Of a DNA stretch of 32,000 nt, positions 24,330 to 32,000 are shown one piece after another. The stretch is taken from assembly GCA_025839675.1 (NCBI GenBank), contig CP104013.1:5040001-5072000 (forward strand), in the 5' to 3' direction. The notes under the pieces were generated by a model. It made no database searches. It was not told the origin of the DNA and saw only the letters and a program-made list of their open reading frames with translations. The translations under genes were made by a program, and so were the position numbers. Origin of the DNA: Candidatus Lokiarchaeum ossiferum (GTDB lineage Archaea > Asgardarchaeota > Lokiarchaeia > Sigyniarchaeales > Promethearchaeaceae). Position 1 is the stretch's first letter, and every line of letters begins with the position of its first letter.

Positions 24330-25346
24330 TTATTTTTCAGAATTATACTGCTTTTTATAATAGTCTAAATAATCTCCAGAAGTGACATTATCGACCCAAT
24401 CTTGATTGGAGAGATACCATTGAATCGTTTCACGCATACCATCTTCGAATTTATATTTTGGGGTCCACCCTAATTCTTTCTCTGCTTTAGAAAAGTTCAT
24501 CGCATACCGAACATCATGACCGGGGCGATCTTTCACAAAGGTGATCAAATCTTCTCCTTTTCCCAATTCCTTTAACAGAAATTTGACCATATTAATGTTT
24601 GAGACTTCTGCATTACCGCCAAAATTATAGACTTCGCCAACTTTTCCTTTCATCAAAGTGGCATAGATCCCACGACAGTGATCCATCACATGAATCCAAT
24701 CTCGAATATTAGTACCATCTCCATAAACAGGGAGCTTTTTCTCCATCTGGATATTCCGGATCATTAAAGGGATCAATTTTTCGGGGAATTGATATGCCCC
24801 ATAATTGTTTGAACATCGTGTTATTACTGCAGGTAACTTGTATGTATGAACATATGAAAGCACTAACAAATCGGCAGCGGTTTTACTTGAAGAGTACGGA
24901 CTTCTGGGACACAATTGGTTTTCTTCAGTAAAAGCAGGATCATCAAAAGAAAGGGAGCCATATACTTCATCAGTGGACACTTGCACAAATTTTTGAATGT
25001 TATTTGCTTTTGCAGCATTAAGTAAAGTCAATGTTCCACGAATATTGGTTTCAATAAAAATATCTGGATTTGATATTGAGCGATCCACGTGAGATTCGGC
25101 AGCAAAATGTACTATGTGAGTTATATGGTGTGTTTTTAACACATAATCTACAAGTTCATAATTGCATATGTTTCCTTTTACAAATTTGTACCTTGGATTC
25201 GATTCAATGGACTTTAGATTTTCTGGATTACCTGCATAAGTCATGCCATCTAAATTTACAATATTTACTTCTGGGTTTTCGTCAAGGATATAATGAATGA
25301 AATTACTACCAATAAACCCTAATCCACCAGTGATTAGTATTTTCAT
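24330..25346 (-). CDS. rmlB: dTDP-glucose 4,6-dehydratase
   Basis: 338 aa. Contains MKILITGGLGFIGSNF, NLDGMTYAGNPENL, HFAAESHVDRSI, STDEVYG and YSSSKTAADLL. Confidence 0.95.
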   Translation of the reverse strand: MKILITGGLGFIGSNFIHYILDENPEVNIVNLDGMTYAGNPENLKSIESNPRYKFVKGNICNYELVDYVLKTHHITHIVHFAAESHVDRSISNPDIFIETNIRGTLTLLNAAKANNIQKFVQVSTDEVYGSLSFDDPAFTEENQLCPRSPYSSSKTAADLLVLSYVHTYKLPAVITRCSNNYGAYQFPEKLIPLMIRNIQMEKKLPVYGDGTNIRDWIHVMDHCRGIYATLMKGKVGEVYNFGGNAEVSNINMVKFLLKELGKGEDLITFVKDRPGHDVRYAMNFSKAEKELGWTPKYKFEDGMRETIQWYLSNQDWVDNVTSGDYLDYYKKQYNSEK

Positions 25347-25518
25347 AGTAATTAATTATGATTTTTTGAAGTTTTTAATTTTTAGATATGCTTCATTAAA
25401 AACCATTTTAAAGTTTCATTTAGAAGAATCCTTCAATAGTCAAATTCCATATCATTTTTTTTTAAAATTGATAAATTAGTTACTGAAAATTAAAACCAAC
25501 TAATTACTGGTTGGAAGA

Positions 25519-26961
25519 ATGAAAATTCAAGATACAATTTTTCGAAAAGTTTATAATTACTTTAATATCAAAATTATCATGGAGACTTTGGTTGATCAAG
25601 GAAAACATGTTTCTTTCTCAGCCAATTCAAGATTCATTTTAAACTTAATTAGGGTATTTGCTTCTCAGATGGTTGTTATAGGGCATGGACTCAATTTTTT
25701 TGAAATAGGATCGAATTTAAAACCCCCTAAGATGCCTTATATGCAAAATATTGCAGTAGTTACATTTTTTCTTATAAGTGGCTTTTTGATCAGTAATTCC
25801 GCTTATGAAAAAAGACAGAAAGGAAATTATGTTTTTAAGGATTTTTGTTTTGATAGAACTGTTAGAATTTATGTTACTCTAATACCGATGTTATTGGTTA
25901 TTGTTTTTCTGGATCTGGTGATTATTTACGTATTTAATGATGCATACTATCAAAATGCATTCAGATTAGATGTTTTTATTTCAAATTTTTTTATGTTACA
26001 AGATTCAATATCATTATCATCGAACTTTTCAGATTTCTCCCTTCTGGGAAACACAAGTTTTGGTTCAGCAAGACCGTTATGGACTATTCCTGTCGAATGG
26101 TGGATGTATTTCATATTTGGTTTTCTCCTACTTTATAATACTGAAGCTGAAGATCAAAAAGAATCATCCAAGAATCTTAAGGAAAAAATAATTGGTTTTA
26201 TCATTTTTTTAGGTAGTGTGTTGTTTCTCGCAATCATTGCCTTGGGTCCTAGGAAACGCATTAAAATTCTTCTATTAACAACATGGATTATCGGTTATAG
26301 TTTCATGTTATTAATTAATATTCGGAATAAGCATCGAAATTATTCTTTTATACGTCCAATCTTGTTATTTATGATTATTTTAGGCTTTTTATTTTTTGAA
26401 TTGACAAATATCATTGTTATAATATTTTTAGTCTTGATTGAGGTGGTTGGGATTTTTTTGTATATTTTTCATGTGAATTCGAAATCTCGATTAGGTATTA
26501 TATTAGTCCAACTTGAAATAAAAATCAAGAATATTTTGGGAAATCTTATTGAGAAATTATCCAGTAAGAAGAAAATATTGTTCTTTTTTGTATTAATTTC
26601 AATTATAGGGTCAACAATTCGGATATTAGTTATGAAAGTAGCTTATGATCCATTATTTATATTATTATTTTCAATTTCATTCTATTTCATAATTCTTTTC
26701 TTTAATAGCTGTTCCTTTAAGATTCCTGAAACAATAATTAAGATATTTCAATTTCTTTCTTCCTATTCTTTCGTATTATATATTGTCCATTATTCCATTT
26801 TTATCGTTTTTCTGAATCTGGTAGATTATATTAATATATCATCAACCTTTCTTTTCTTCTTAGCCTTTATTGTAATTAATTTAATTTCCATATTATTGTC
26901 ATTAATTACTGAAAGAAAAACTGGAATATTCAAAAAAAAACTAAAGAGTTTGTTTGATTGA
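25519..26961 (+). CDS. Integral-membrane acyltransferase (acyltransferase_3 family, putative glycan O-acetyltransferase)
   Basis: 480 aa and polytopic. The N-terminal motif SRFILNLIRVFASQMVVIGHG fits the R-x-LD/N-x-R-x-A-x-VV-x-H signature of the family. The true start may be the internal Met at 25579 (METLVDQ). Confidence 0.65.
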   Translation: MKIQDTIFRKVYNYFNIKIIMETLVDQGKHVSFSANSRFILNLIRVFASQMVVIGHGLNFFEIGSNLKPPKMPYMQNIAVVTFFLISGFLISNSAYEKRQKGNYVFKDFCFDRTVRIYVTLIPMLLVIVFLDLVIIYVFNDAYYQNAFRLDVFISNFFMLQDSISLSSNFSDFSLLGNTSFGSARPLWTIPVEWWMYFIFGFLLLYNTEAEDQKESSKNLKEKIIGFIIFLGSVLFLAIIALGPRKRIKILLLTTWIIGYSFMLLINIRNKHRNYSFIRPILLFMIILGFLFFELTNIIVIIFLVLIEVVGIFLYIFHVNSKSRLGIILVQLEIKIKNILGNLIEKLSSKKKILFFFVLISIIGSTIRILVMKVAYDPLFILLFSISFYFIILFFNSCSFKIPETIIKIFQFLSSYSFVLYIVHYSIFIVFLNLVDYINISSTFLFFLAFIVINLISILLSLITERKTGIFKKKLKSLFD

Positions 26962-27215
26962 AGTTAAACTCTAATTTTTATGCTAGTTTGACTCCTTATT
27001 TTTTCTCCACTTCAATCCTTTTATTTACAAAGGATCGATTGTAACAATGGTTTTGATAAGTTTTTGGTAAATTTGAAAAGTTTTTGAAATTAGAGATTAA
27101 AACCTCTTCTTACCATTATGCCGAACCGCTATGTTTTCATCAAGATTTTAACTTATAAGGATTTCAGAAAATTGTATGAATTCAATTATAAATGTTGCTG
27201 AATTTAAGTTAAAAT

Positions 27216-28007
27216 ATGAAGAATCAGAGTGCATTAAAAAGATTGATTATTAACCTCAAATATAACGGAATCAAAATAACATTCCAAAAAATGATATTTT
27301 TTAGTTTTTTGGGAGTTGGCAGATTATTTCGGTCAAATTTCCCAATTTCTAGGTTAATTAAAAAATATAAAAAAATAATGGCAGATGTTGACTCAATAGA
27401 AGAAATTTATGATAATGTTTGTCAAATCAAATATTTGAATGTCGATATCAAACCACTTCAAGTTAGGAAAGAAATTCTTGCTTTGCTTCAAAAAGTTAAA
27501 GATATCAAACCAAAAATCATTGTAGAAATTGGAACAAATAAGGGAGGCACTCTTGCCTTGTACACCAATGTTTCACAAAGTGATACAAAACTAATTAGCT
27601 TAGACCTACCATCTGGGCAATTTGGTGGTGGCTATCCAGAATGGAAAATTCCCCTTTACAAATCTTTTGCCCGAGAAAATCAACAAATAAAATTGATTCG
27701 AGCAGATTCTCATGAATTGGAATCTCTAGAAATTTTGAAAAATGAGTTGAATGGTCAAGAAATTGATTTTCTCTTTATTGATGGAGATCATACCTATGAA
27801 GGAATTAAGCAAGATTTTGAGATGTATTCCCCGCTTGTACGCTCAAAAGGAATGATTGCTTTTCATGATATTGTTGTACATGAAAATATAGACGAGGTGA
27901 ATGTATTTCAATTTTGGAATGAGATTAAAGAGAATTATGAATATATTGAGAATGTCGAGGATTGGGATCAGAAATCTTGTGGAATTGGGATCATTATTAA
28001 ACCATAA
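27216..28007 (+). CDS. Class I SAM-dependent methyltransferase (Methyltransf_24 / CmcI-like)
   Basis: 263 aa. Contains IVEIGTNKGGTLALY (SAM motif I), LFIDGDHTYEGIKQDFEMY and GMIAFHDI. Confidence 0.65.
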   Translation: MKNQSALKRLIINLKYNGIKITFQKMIFFSFLGVGRLFRSNFPISRLIKKYKKIMADVDSIEEIYDNVCQIKYLNVDIKPLQVRKEILALLQKVKDIKPKIIVEIGTNKGGTLALYTNVSQSDTKLISLDLPSGQFGGGYPEWKIPLYKSFARENQQIKLIRADSHELESLEILKNELNGQEIDFLFIDGDHTYEGIKQDFEMYSPLVRSKGMIAFHDIVVHENIDEVNVFQFWNEIKENYEYIENVEDWDQKSCGIGIIIKP

Positions 28008-28042
28008 ACTTTGTATCATTCATTGTTGCAAGGAGTGTCACT

Positions 28043-29155
28043 TTGATGTCAAGAAATGAAGAAAATTTAACAATAATTATTCCAACCTATAATAGACCTT
28101 TATACTTGGAAAGATGTTTGGGATATTTTAATTTTACAAAATGTAAGTATAAAATAATCGTTGCTGATTCCAGTTGTGAGAAAAATAAGGAATTAAACGA
28201 GATTATCATCGCAAAATTTCCTGATATTAATATTTGTTATAATAATTCTTTCACATTAGATACTATGCTTTTTAGAAAGATCAAAACTATCATTGATCAA
28301 ATAGAAACTGAATATTGTGTCATTTGTGCTGATGACGACTTTATTATTCCCAATAAAATAAAAAATTCCTTAAATTTCTTGAATTCTAATCCATCTTTCA
28401 CTGCTGTTGCTGGTTATAGCATAGTTTTTATTAATGAAAGAAACATTTTTAAAAAGCCAAAAGTTATTTGGCAAAATTACCATCAGCAATTGTTTCCCTA
28501 TATGAATAATACTAATGAAAATATGAAGTTGAGATTAAATCAGACATTTTCTCACTATTTTCCAACGTTTTATTACTTTCACAGAACTAAATTTTTAAAA
28601 ATGATTTTTGAAGAAACTTTGAAATTTACTAACGATTATCGATTTGGTGAACTATTTCCTGCTCTCACAACCACAATACATGGAAAAATTAAAACTTTAG
28701 ACTTTTATTCTGGAGCGAGAGAATTTTTAGAACAATCTGATGGTAAAGTTGCAGAAAAAATAAGTGATTTTATAGAAAAAGGAACCTATGATCACAAATT
28801 TTCGAAATTCAAAGCGGGATTGGTTGAAAATATACTAAAAACCACAAATTTATCTAAAGTTGATGCAATTAGGCAAATAGATGAAGGAATGCAATTGTAT
28901 CTTAAAATTGGGTCCAATTTAAAAAAAAAAAAAAATGGATCTTCAAGTTTTCTAACAGTTAAAATAAGAAAAATTGTTGTAAATATTATATTATCAATAA
29001 AAAATTCCAAAATCAATAAAATAATCAGAAAGAAGCGGTTTTGGGCCGAAAATTTTCCTGAAGAAGAATATTTTGATGATGTACGAGTTATTAAAAATTA
29101 TTTAGTCCATTTTTACGAAATTCATGATTCAAAGGAAGGAACAAAAAAACTATAA
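28043..29155 (+). CDS. GT-A-like glycosyltransferase (GT2-related) with a Lys-rich C-terminal region
   Basis: 370 aa. Contains LTIIIPTYNRPLYLERCLGYF, KIIVADSS and VICADDDFII (DxD). An AGGAG Shine-Dalgarno-like sequence at 28031-28035 favours the ATG at 28046 over the TTG at 28043. Confidence 0.6.
   Translation: MMSRNEENLTIIIPTYNRPLYLERCLGYFNFTKCKYKIIVADSSCEKNKELNEIIIAKFPDINICYNNSFTLDTMLFRKIKTIIDQIETEYCVICADDDFIIPNKIKNSLNFLNSNPSFTAVAGYSIVFINERNIFKKPKVIWQNYHQQLFPYMNNTNENMKLRLNQTFSHYFPTFYYFHRTKFLKMIFEETLKFTNDYRFGELFPALTTTIHGKIKTLDFYSGAREFLEQSDGKVAEKISDFIEKGTYDHKFSKFKAGLVENILKTTNLSKVDAIRQIDEGMQLYLKIGSNLKKKKNGSSSFLTVKIRKIVVNIILSIKNSKINKIIRKKRFWAENFPEEEYFDDVRVIKNYLVHFYEIHDSKEGTKKL
28921..28935 (+). 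repeat. A15 homopolymer inside the glycosyltransferase coding sequence, encoding LKKKKN
   Basis: Counted directly. The A run spans 28921-28935 and the reading frame is tta aaa aaa aaa aaa aat. Confidence 0.95.
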
Positions 29156-29249
29156 ATATCTGCTGATAGAATTGAATTAAAAAAATATAAATTTTCAAAT
29201 AGAAAATCTATTATTTTAACTTAAATCTAAATCAAACGAGATTTTTAAC

Positions 29250-30284
29250 ATGAGAGTTATTGTTACAGGACATTTAGGATATATTGGAAGGGTTTTACTT
29301 CCGATTTTAATAGAAAGAGGGCATGAAGTAACTGGAATTGATATTGGATTATTTGAACAGTTCGATTTTATTGCTGAAAAACCTAAAATAAACGAGATTA
29401 GGAAAGATATTCGAAAAATTACTACCGATGATATAAAAAATCATGATGCAATTATCCACTTGGCCGCGTTATCCAATGATCCTATGGGTGAGCTTAACCC
29501 TGGTTTAACTGAAGAAATAAATCATGTTGCTAGTTTGAGATTAGCAAAAATGGCAAAAGAAGTTGGAATAAAAAGATTTATTTTCTCTTCTTCATGTAGT
29601 GTTTATGGAAGAGTTGAAGATGATTCAAAAATCTTATTTGAGACTGATAAGACATCCCCTATAACCGAATATGCAAAATCGAAAGTTAAAACTGAAAATG
29701 AAGTCAGTAGGCTTGCAGATAATGATTTTACTCCAATATTTCAAAGAAACGCAACTGTTTACGGATATTCTCACTCATTGAGATTAGATTTAGTTGTGAA
29801 TAATTTAACTGCATCTGCTCTATACTCTAATGAAATCAATATTTTGAGTGATGGGCGCCCATGGCGTCCATTGATTCATGTAGAGGACCTTTCTCGAGTT
29901 TTTGCTGACATGTTAGATGCTCCAAAGGAAAAAGTTCATAATCAAATATTTAATGTCGGATTTAGTGAAGAGAATTATCAAGTTAAGGGGATTGCAAAGT
30001 TAATTCAAGAAAATATACCCGGAATGGGTATTTCTGTTGCTAAATCTTTTGATCCAGATTCTCGGAGTTATAATGTTAATTTTGACAAACTAAAAGATGC
30101 TTTAAATCTTAAAAATGAATGGAATGTAAAAAAAGGTTCTAAAGAAATATATGAAAACTTAAAAAACTCTTCAATCACCAAGCAAGATTTTGAAAACAAG
30201 GCATGTTATCGGTTGAAACAATTAGAGCAAGTTTTAGATCAATTTCCTAATTTTCTTTCAAAACAATTAGATGAGATTTGCTAA
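29250..30284 (+). CDS. NAD-dependent sugar-nucleotide epimerase/dehydratase (extended SDR)
   Basis: 344 aa. Contains MRVIVTGHLGYIGRVL, SSSCSVYG and YAKSK (YxxxK). Confidence 0.75.
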   Translation: MRVIVTGHLGYIGRVLLPILIERGHEVTGIDIGLFEQFDFIAEKPKINEIRKDIRKITTDDIKNHDAIIHLAALSNDPMGELNPGLTEEINHVASLRLAKMAKEVGIKRFIFSSSCSVYGRVEDDSKILFETDKTSPITEYAKSKVKTENEVSRLADNDFTPIFQRNATVYGYSHSLRLDLVVNNLTASALYSNEINILSDGRPWRPLIHVEDLSRVFADMLDAPKEKVHNQIFNVGFSEENYQVKGIAKLIQENIPGMGISVAKSFDPDSRSYNVNFDKLKDALNLKNEWNVKKGSKEIYENLKNSSITKQDFENKACYRLKQLEQVLDQFPNFLSKQLDEIC

Positions 30285-31158
30285 AATTATGAAGAAAATT
30301 GTAATAATTGGTTCAAATGGGCAATTAGGGCATGATATTAAAAAAATATTGAGTAATACATATGAAATCGTATCTTTAGAGCATAATAATTTTTCCATTG
30401 AAAATGAAGAGTTAGTGCAAAAAAAACTCAAAGAAATATCTCCCGAAATTGTGATAAATACTGCCGCATTCCACAATTTGAATTTATGTGAAATTGATGT
30501 CCAAAATGCTTTTTTGATTAATTCAATTGCCTTGAAATATCTATCTGATACGTGTAATCAAATTGAAGCAACCTTGGTACATTTTTCAACAGACTATGTT
30601 TTTGGTGGAGATTCTCAAAGAAATTCACCTTATCGCGAAAAAGATTTTCCCTACCCTATTCAAATTTACGGTATATCAAAATTGGCTGGTGAAAATATTA
30701 TTCGTCAGTATTGTAAAAAATATTTCTGTATACGTGTGTCTGGTTTATATGGAAAAAAAGGGACTCGAGCAAAGAAATTCTCAAATTTTGTAGAAATGAT
30801 GATTAAACTTGGAAGAGATGCAGAGAAAGCAAATGAAAAGCTACCTTCCGCAATGGATCAAGTCTTAACATTTAACCCAACTGTTGAAGTTGCAAAAGTG
30901 GTTGAAAAATTAATTAAAACTGATGCTTATGGATTGTATCATGCAACATGTGAAGGACAGTCAAGTAGGTTTGAGTTTTCCCAAGAGATATTTAAAATAC
31001 TTGATATCAATGTTGAATTAGTTGGTGTAAAATCTAGCTATTTTTCACCTAAATACAACCAACCTCATTATTCCGTTTTAGATAATGAAAAATTAAGTGA
31101 TCTAGGAATTGAAATGCCGCATTGGAAACCTGTTTTAAAAAAATATCTTAAAGATTGA
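30271..31158 (+). CDS. RmlD-like NDP-4-keto-6-deoxyhexose reductase (second paralog)
   Basis: 295 aa. Contains IVIIGSNGQLG, NTAAFHNLNLCE, FSTDYVFGG and IYGISKLAGE. The start is either 30271, overlapping the upstream gene by 14 nt, or the ATG at 30288 (MKKIVIIG). Confidence 0.7.
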   Translation: MRFAKIMKKIVIIGSNGQLGHDIKKILSNTYEIVSLEHNNFSIENEELVQKKLKEISPEIVINTAAFHNLNLCEIDVQNAFLINSIALKYLSDTCNQIEATLVHFSTDYVFGGDSQRNSPYREKDFPYPIQIYGISKLAGENIIRQYCKKYFCIRVSGLYGKKGTRAKKFSNFVEMMIKLGRDAEKANEKLPSAMDQVLTFNPTVEVAKVVEKLIKTDAYGLYHATCEGQSSRFEFSQEIFKILDINVELVGVKSSYFSPKYNQPHYSVLDNEKLSDLGIEMPHWKPVLKKYLKD

Positions 31159-31340
31159 AGGTTCCACTTTTTTATTCTTTTAAAAACAATAGTCTGCTTC
31201 ACTTCAGCTAATAAAAAATCCTTAAAATAATTCCATGGACCTTCAAAATTCGGTATAGAAGGAACAATCAGAGTTTTTTCTGAGAAATTTTGTACTATGA
31301 AAACTTATATAAATTCTAGTATTGATTAGTTTTAACAGAG

Positions 31341-31799
31341 TTGAATAATATGATTGATGGTGTAGTTATCTATCCACTAAAACAAATTTGTGATGATCGT
31401 GGAAAAATCATGCATATGTTGAAATGCACTGATTCTCATTTTGAAGAATTTGGAGAAATTTATTTTTCCTTTATAAATCCAGGGATAATCAAAGGATGGC
31501 ATTGGCATGAAAAAATGATCTTGAATTATGCCGTTCCAATTGGAATGATAAAGCTTGTCTTATTTGATGGTCGAGAAAATTCTCCCACGAAAGGAGAAAT
31601 TCAAGAATTATATATCGGTGAATCAAATTATTGTTTAGTAAAAATACCAACTGGTGTGTGGAATGGAGTGATGTGCATTGGAACAAAAACAGCAATCATT
31701 GCTAATTGTGCTACTATTGATCATGATCCATCAGAAATGAAAAGAGCAGATCCACTTTCTGATTTTATTCCTTATGATTGGCAAATAAAAATGCGATAA
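31341..31799 (+). CDS. Small cupin, dTDP-4-dehydrorhamnose 3,5-epimerase-like (sugar epimerase/ketoisomerase family)
   Basis: 152 aa. Reads DGVVIYPLKQICDDRGKIMHML ... KGWHWHEKM, the RmlC/WxcM-like beta-barrel pattern, at about 150 aa. The start is probably the ATG at 31350. Confidence 0.6.
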   Translation: MNNMIDGVVIYPLKQICDDRGKIMHMLKCTDSHFEEFGEIYFSFINPGIIKGWHWHEKMILNYAVPIGMIKLVLFDGRENSPTKGEIQELYIGESNYCLVKIPTGVWNGVMCIGTKTAIIANCATIDHDPSEMKRADPLSDFIPYDWQIKMR

Positions 31800-31815
31800 A
31801 GAACACATGTAAGAG

Positions 31816-32000
31816 TTGAAATTTAATTTGAAAATAACTAAATGTAGAGTATGTAAGAATGATAATTTTCACCAAATCTTAGATTTGGGGGAAACTCCCT
31901 TAGCTAATGCGTTTATTGAGAAAAAATCTAAGAAAAAAGAGCATTTCTATCCATTAAACGTAGTTTGGTGTGATAAATGCGGATTGTTAATGATTGATGA
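31816..32000 (+). CDS. N-terminus (3'-truncated by window edge) of a zinc-ribbon NDP-hexose C-methyltransferase-like protein
   Basis: My manual translation reads (L)KFNLKITKCRVCKNDNFHQILDLGETPLANAFIEKKSKKKEHFYPLNVVWCDKCGLLMID. The pattern CxxC ... LDLGxxPLAN ... CxxCGL is that of the putative Zn-binding N-domain of C-methyltransferases (Methyltransf_13-type). Only TTG starts are available (31816 or 31828), because the in-frame ATG at 31807 is followed directly by TAA. Confidence 0.55.
   Translation, partial: MKFNLKITKCRVCKNDNFHQILDLGETPLANAFIEKKSKKKEHFYPLNVVWCDKCGLLMID

Noticed and set aside
17958-25346. The G+C-richer block of sugar-nucleotide genes (about 45% in sampled lines, against 23-27% elsewhere) as a horizontally acquired island.
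   Set aside because: My hand counts of third-codon-position G+C are similar in gmd (12 of the first 51 codons) and in the very AT-rich acyltransferase gene (16 of the first 58 codons). The difference therefore lies mostly in first and second positions, meaning amino-acid constraint in conserved enzymes rather than foreign codon usage. A proper GC3 or tetranucleotide analysis could revisit this.
959-31695. Many 60-110-aa ORFs in the supplied track lie antisense to, or out of frame within, well-supported genes. They are 959-1183, 1517-1786, 4344-4619, 7626-7814, 8765-8974, 9089-9331, 11352-11591, 12518-12727, 14963-15148, 15156-15425, 15307-15507, 17254-17487, 17742-17951, 18148-18354, 20309-20569, 20772-21101, 21936-22154, 22031-22240, 22665-22850, 22847-23059, 23052-23240, 23780-23971, 25070-25300, 25297-25479, 25970-26191, 28792-29016, 30267-30476, 30563-30793 and 31489-31695.
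   Set aside because: Each is nested in a longer ORF with clear family motifs on the other strand or frame. Their translations are low-complexity with no recognisable motifs, as expected of shadow ORFs.

Overview
AT-rich window. My hand counts of single 60-nt lines give about 23-27% G+C in membrane and glycosyltransferase genes and about 45% in the conserved sugar-nucleotide genes. Almost the whole window is one surface-glycan biosynthesis locus. I can support 27 protein-coding genes (two cut by the window edges) and one possible decayed gene remnant.

Contents:
- Ten extended-SDR (Rossmann GxxGxxG) sugar-nucleotide enzymes.
- A complete dTDP-L-rhamnose set (rmlA, rmlB, rmlC, rmlD), physically interleaved with a GDP-D-rhamnose pair (gmd plus an Rmd-like reductase).
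- A UDP-GlcNAc 2-epimerase (wecB) and a UDP-sugar 6-dehydrogenase (WecC/Ugd family).
- Glycosyltransferases: one soluble GT2, one GT4, one GT-A-like enzyme, and three copies of a DPM1/GtrB/ArnC-like GT2 domain (two fused in tandem, one convergent paralog).
- A Wzx/MOP-type flippase and a 725-aa GT-C-like membrane protein.
- A membrane acyltransferase_3 protein, a CmcI/Methyltransf_24-like methyltransferase, and a CapA/PGA_cap metallophosphoesterase.
- At the 3' edge, a second deoxysugar cassette: SDR, RmlD-like reductase, small RmlC-like cupin, and the N-terminus of a zinc-ribbon C-methyltransferase.

I see no rRNA, tRNA, CRISPR array, transposase, integrase or defence-type genes.

Gene-by-gene strand alternation, CTTTATATAA TATA-like boxes and sequon-rich extracytoplasmic tails suggest an archaeal genome. 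That cannot be proven from this window.

I do not see a wholly new kind of system. The points worth a second look are architectural:
- A possible extracytoplasmic glycosylation module, made of polyprenyl-P-sugar synthase domains x3 plus a GT-C enzyme with an extra N-terminal 4-TM module.
- A tandem GT2 whose conserved N-terminus has no in-frame start codon.
- A 51% G+C structured island in a divergent promoter region.
- A14 and A15 homopolymers inside two glycosyltransferase genes.
- A WecB with a 73-aa C-terminal extension.
- A C-methyl branched-sugar cassette.
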